Of a stretch of DNA of 64,000 nucleotides, positions 60,936 through 64,000 are shown piece by piece. Each line of letters opens with the position of its first letter. The stretch's first letter is position 1. A model generated the notes under the pieces. It was not told the DNA's origin, did no database searches, and saw only the letters and a program-made list of their open reading frames with translations. Origin of the DNA: Azolla caroliniana (lineage: Eukaryota; Plantae; Polypodiophyta); NCBI GenBank assembly GCA_043228905.1, contig JBHGNT010000020.1, positions 11,098,001 to 11,162,000 on the forward strand, in the 5' to 3' direction. The position numbers and the translations under genes are program-made.

Positions 60936-62950
60936 ACACTATCTCGGCCGTTGTATTACGACTCGAAGCACAAGGCGCCTACCCAATGTTACTTGGCAGA
61001 CCATGGTTGCGCACAACAAATATCAAACAACATTGGCAGCACAACATGATCTCGTTTCGCCAAGGAAAGACCAAGGTCCGGATCATAACGGAAGAATGCG
61101 TAACCACGCCCCACAATACCTCGCCTTTATACGCGGAAGGGGTGTACATGCTCGACGGGTTAGCCTTTGACGAGGTGGATGACTTCCTAGAAGACCATCC
61201 CACTATCATACCCCTCATCAAATCGATGCCATATCGGCCGTCGCACACCTCTAGACGAGGAGGTCACAGAGAATACACCTTCCCAGGACGAGCCAGATCC
61301 CACCACCATCGCAGATTACGACACACTCAGGACGCTTTGAACGTGAACTCGCCCTCTCCCAACGAGTGAAGGCATCAACGCTCGAAACACTGAACCTCGG
61401 TTTGGACGAGAACCCTCGCACCCTAAAGATTGCTAATAACTTACCAACCGGCGAACGAGCAACGCTCATATGCTTACTCACCGATTACCAGGATGTATTC
61501 GCATGGTCTTACACGGATTTGAAGGGTTTGGACCCTCATTACTACCAACACCAAATCCATCTTCTCCCTTACGCTCGACCGGTTCAACAAAGATGCTATC
61601 GGATGAACCCCAATTATGCGGCTAAGGTCAAGGAAGAAATAGACAAGCTCCTCCGAGTTGGCTTCATATGACCTGTAAAACGCGCCACATGGTAAGCCCA
61701 ATTGTAGTTGTCCCTAAAAAAAATGGGAAAATCCGAGTCTGCGTCGACTACCGCAAGCTTAATGCTGCAACGGTCACGTATGGATTCCCCTCTCCCGTTC
61801 ATGGATAGTGTTCTCGACACGGTCGCAGTTCACGAATGCTACAGCTTTCTAGACAGGTTCGGTGGTTACACCAAATTAGAATGCACCTGGATGATCAGGA
61901 GAAAACAACATTTATCACAGAATGGGGTGTTTTCGTGGCAGAAGTGATGATGTTCGGTTTGAAAACGGCGCTGGCCACGTTCCAGCGGCATCATCACCGA
62001 AATTTTTTAACGAGTATATCCCGACATTCATGCAAGTCTTTCTCGACTACTTCGCCGTGTATGGCCAACAACTAGAACACATGGCCCAGTTACGTCTCTA
62101 TCTTGATCGATGTCGCCAGGCTCGGTAAAGTTTAAACTCGGCAAAATGCGCGTTCTTGGTCACAAGCGACAACCTACTCGGGCACATCGTTAGTCAAGAA
62201 GGTATCGCCATGGACCCGGAATAAAGTACAAGAAATCCTAAACACCCCCGCACCCTCGAACACAAAGGCCCCTCAGCCGATTTCTGGAACAAATCAGATG
62301 GCACAGCCGGAGGATACGCCACCTCGCCGATTTCGTGACACCACTACACGCGGCGGTGCATCGACTTGCTTTTCAATGGACTTCAATCGAGGACGAGGCT
62401 TACCAAGCTTTGAAACTAATGCTCTCGCATGCCCAAGTTGTACAACCTCCGATATGGTTGGAACCTTTCATGTCTTCGTGGACGCATCAGATATCGCCAT
62501 CGGGAGCACACTTATGCAATGCACGCCCCCAAATTGGTATCAACCAGTGTATTATGCTAGCTGACGTCTCTCGGCCGCGGAAAAGAACTATTCAACCACC
62601 GAACGAGAGGCCCTCGGTATGATCTACAACATCAGTAAATTTCAGCATTACCTCTTAGGCCGAAAATTCACATTTCACGTCGATCACTTGGCCCTCCTTT
62701 ACCTGGTCAATAAACAAGCCCTAAGAGATTGCCTGGCTCGATGGATGCTCCTGTTACAAGAGTTTGATTTTCATATACAACATCGACCCGGAGTCCAACA
62801 CGCCGTCGCTGACTACCTAAGCCGCCTCGAGTCAGGGGGACCCTATTGAGCCCACGTATGACGATTTACCTGATGTCGGCCTATTTAATCTCACAATGCT
62901 GCTAGACAACAAAGAAGATGAATGGATCATGGAGATGACCCATTTCCTAC
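60936..62950 (+). pseudogene. Degenerate non-chromoviral Ty3/gypsy pol (protease end, RT, RNase H); integrase absent
   Basis: MLLGRPWL, DVFAWSYTDLKG, YRMNPNYAAKVKEEIDKLL, VMMFGLK, FHVFVDASD and RWMLLLQEFDF..VADYLSR, with many frameshifts. Confidence 0.9.
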
Positions 62951-64000
62951 AAGTATGCCACAAAACAAAGCGGCGATCATTATCAGTGAATACGAGGGAA
63001 ACAAAATCGACTGGGGTATTATCACCGGCGAAGGCGTACGCGTTGCACTGGCCTCGTTTCAATCGGGTAAGAAGTTGCTTTCTGTGATGATGCATTTTTT
63101 TACAGTCCTCTACCCACCACCTTCGCTTTCTTGCCCTCGCACCCTCTCTTCCCCATCACAACCACGGAAGCAGAGGGAGAAGCTCTTGGCCTTAAACCAG
63201 GAACTGTGGGAAGAGCCCACACCCCCTTCGCCTCCTTCACCCGCTCAAAACCCTACCCACATCTCGGTGCCACCCCCGCCAAAAACCCAAAAGAAACGGG
63301 CGTTGCCCGACAAGTGTAAGGAATGGGACGAGGAAGATGTCATCGAGGACAACGTCACCGAGGATGTCACCACAGACATCGGTGACTCACCCACAGCCAA
63401 GCCCGCGCCCCACCAATCAGCAACCCTTGGAAACACGGTCCCAAAAACGGAAACAAGCTGAGGGACCAACACCACCAGCCCCTGAAGCACATGCCCAGCC
63501 GAACAAAAAACAACGACTCAACCGCGAGTCCAAGATGGAAACCGAAGGGCCCCAAAACCCGAAGGAAAACGTAGTCAGCCAGAGCTCCCTGGCAATAGTC
63601 TAGTCGAGGCGTCACTCCAGGGTAAGATCGAGCATGGACAAACAACTCAGATATCCAAGGATGAGGGCCTGGGCTACAAAGACCTCCCCACGGAGGCATA
63701 TGAATTCAGTGCGTTACTTCGACTCGGCACAACATTCGAGCTGATGGATTTCCTGGCACATGCCCAAGTAGCAGCCGCAGCTCGCATGGCTAAAGAATAC
63801 GCCGAATTAAAGATGATTCAACGCGCTTTAATGGGAGAGCTCGAACCTAAAGACGATCGAGCCATACAAAAGATCAGGAGAAAGAAGTAGGCTAAAAACG
63901 CCGCACTTCTCATGGAGGTACTTGAGCTCAACACCGCCTTAATAGAGGCATATCGCGACCTCGACCGCACCACTTGGGCCGCCAAGGACTTGGCCCGACG
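62951..64000 (+). pseudogene. Accessory ORF remnant (DWG motif, Pro-rich, then helical/coiled-coil), probably of the gypsy element
   Basis: MPQNKAAIIISEYEGNKIDWGIITGEGVR...PPSPPSP...; layout parallels the 2736-5623 gene. Confidence 0.45.

Noticed and set aside
60538-61369. ORFs spanning the N run
   Set aside because: Artefacts of translating through the gap; the two sides are different gypsy elements in opposite orientation.

Overview
Eukaryotic, plant-type heterochromatic DNA made almost entirely of nested transposable elements. The element types suggest a non-seed plant such as a fern (inference only). No confidently identifiable host gene, rRNA, functional tRNA or CRISPR array is present. 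The window contains: two young Tnt1-like Ty1/copia copies with LTRs, tRNA-iMet PBS, PPT and 5-bp TSDs (9608-14910 with one nonsense mutation; 49622-55005 with an open gag-pol); several older degenerate copia and gypsy elements; solo LTRs; L1-type LINE fragments; an RTEX/L2-like LINE tail; a hAT-type MITE; several tandem or palindromic arrays; and a 100-N gap. The standout signal is a well-formed minimal type I hammerhead ribozyme at 32676-32740. It has a complete catalytic core, a cUUCGg stem II and a palindromic stem III, lies just downstream of a TATA box, and sits between the two arms of a ~285-bp inverted duplication. This architecture matches a Penelope-like or retrozyme-like self-cleaving retroelement with no ORF of its own here. 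Other points of interest: a ~720-codon plant-mobile-domain-like gene that can be rebuilt by removing a solo LTR, with a 33-bp hairpin array in its putative intron; a tRNA-Asp-like module inside a gypsy LTR family; hairpins conserved across diverged copia LTRs; an open ORF at 672->1 that the ORF track misses; and a transposase-like exon split by the youngest copia. All family assignments rest on motif recognition by eye; no database searches were run.
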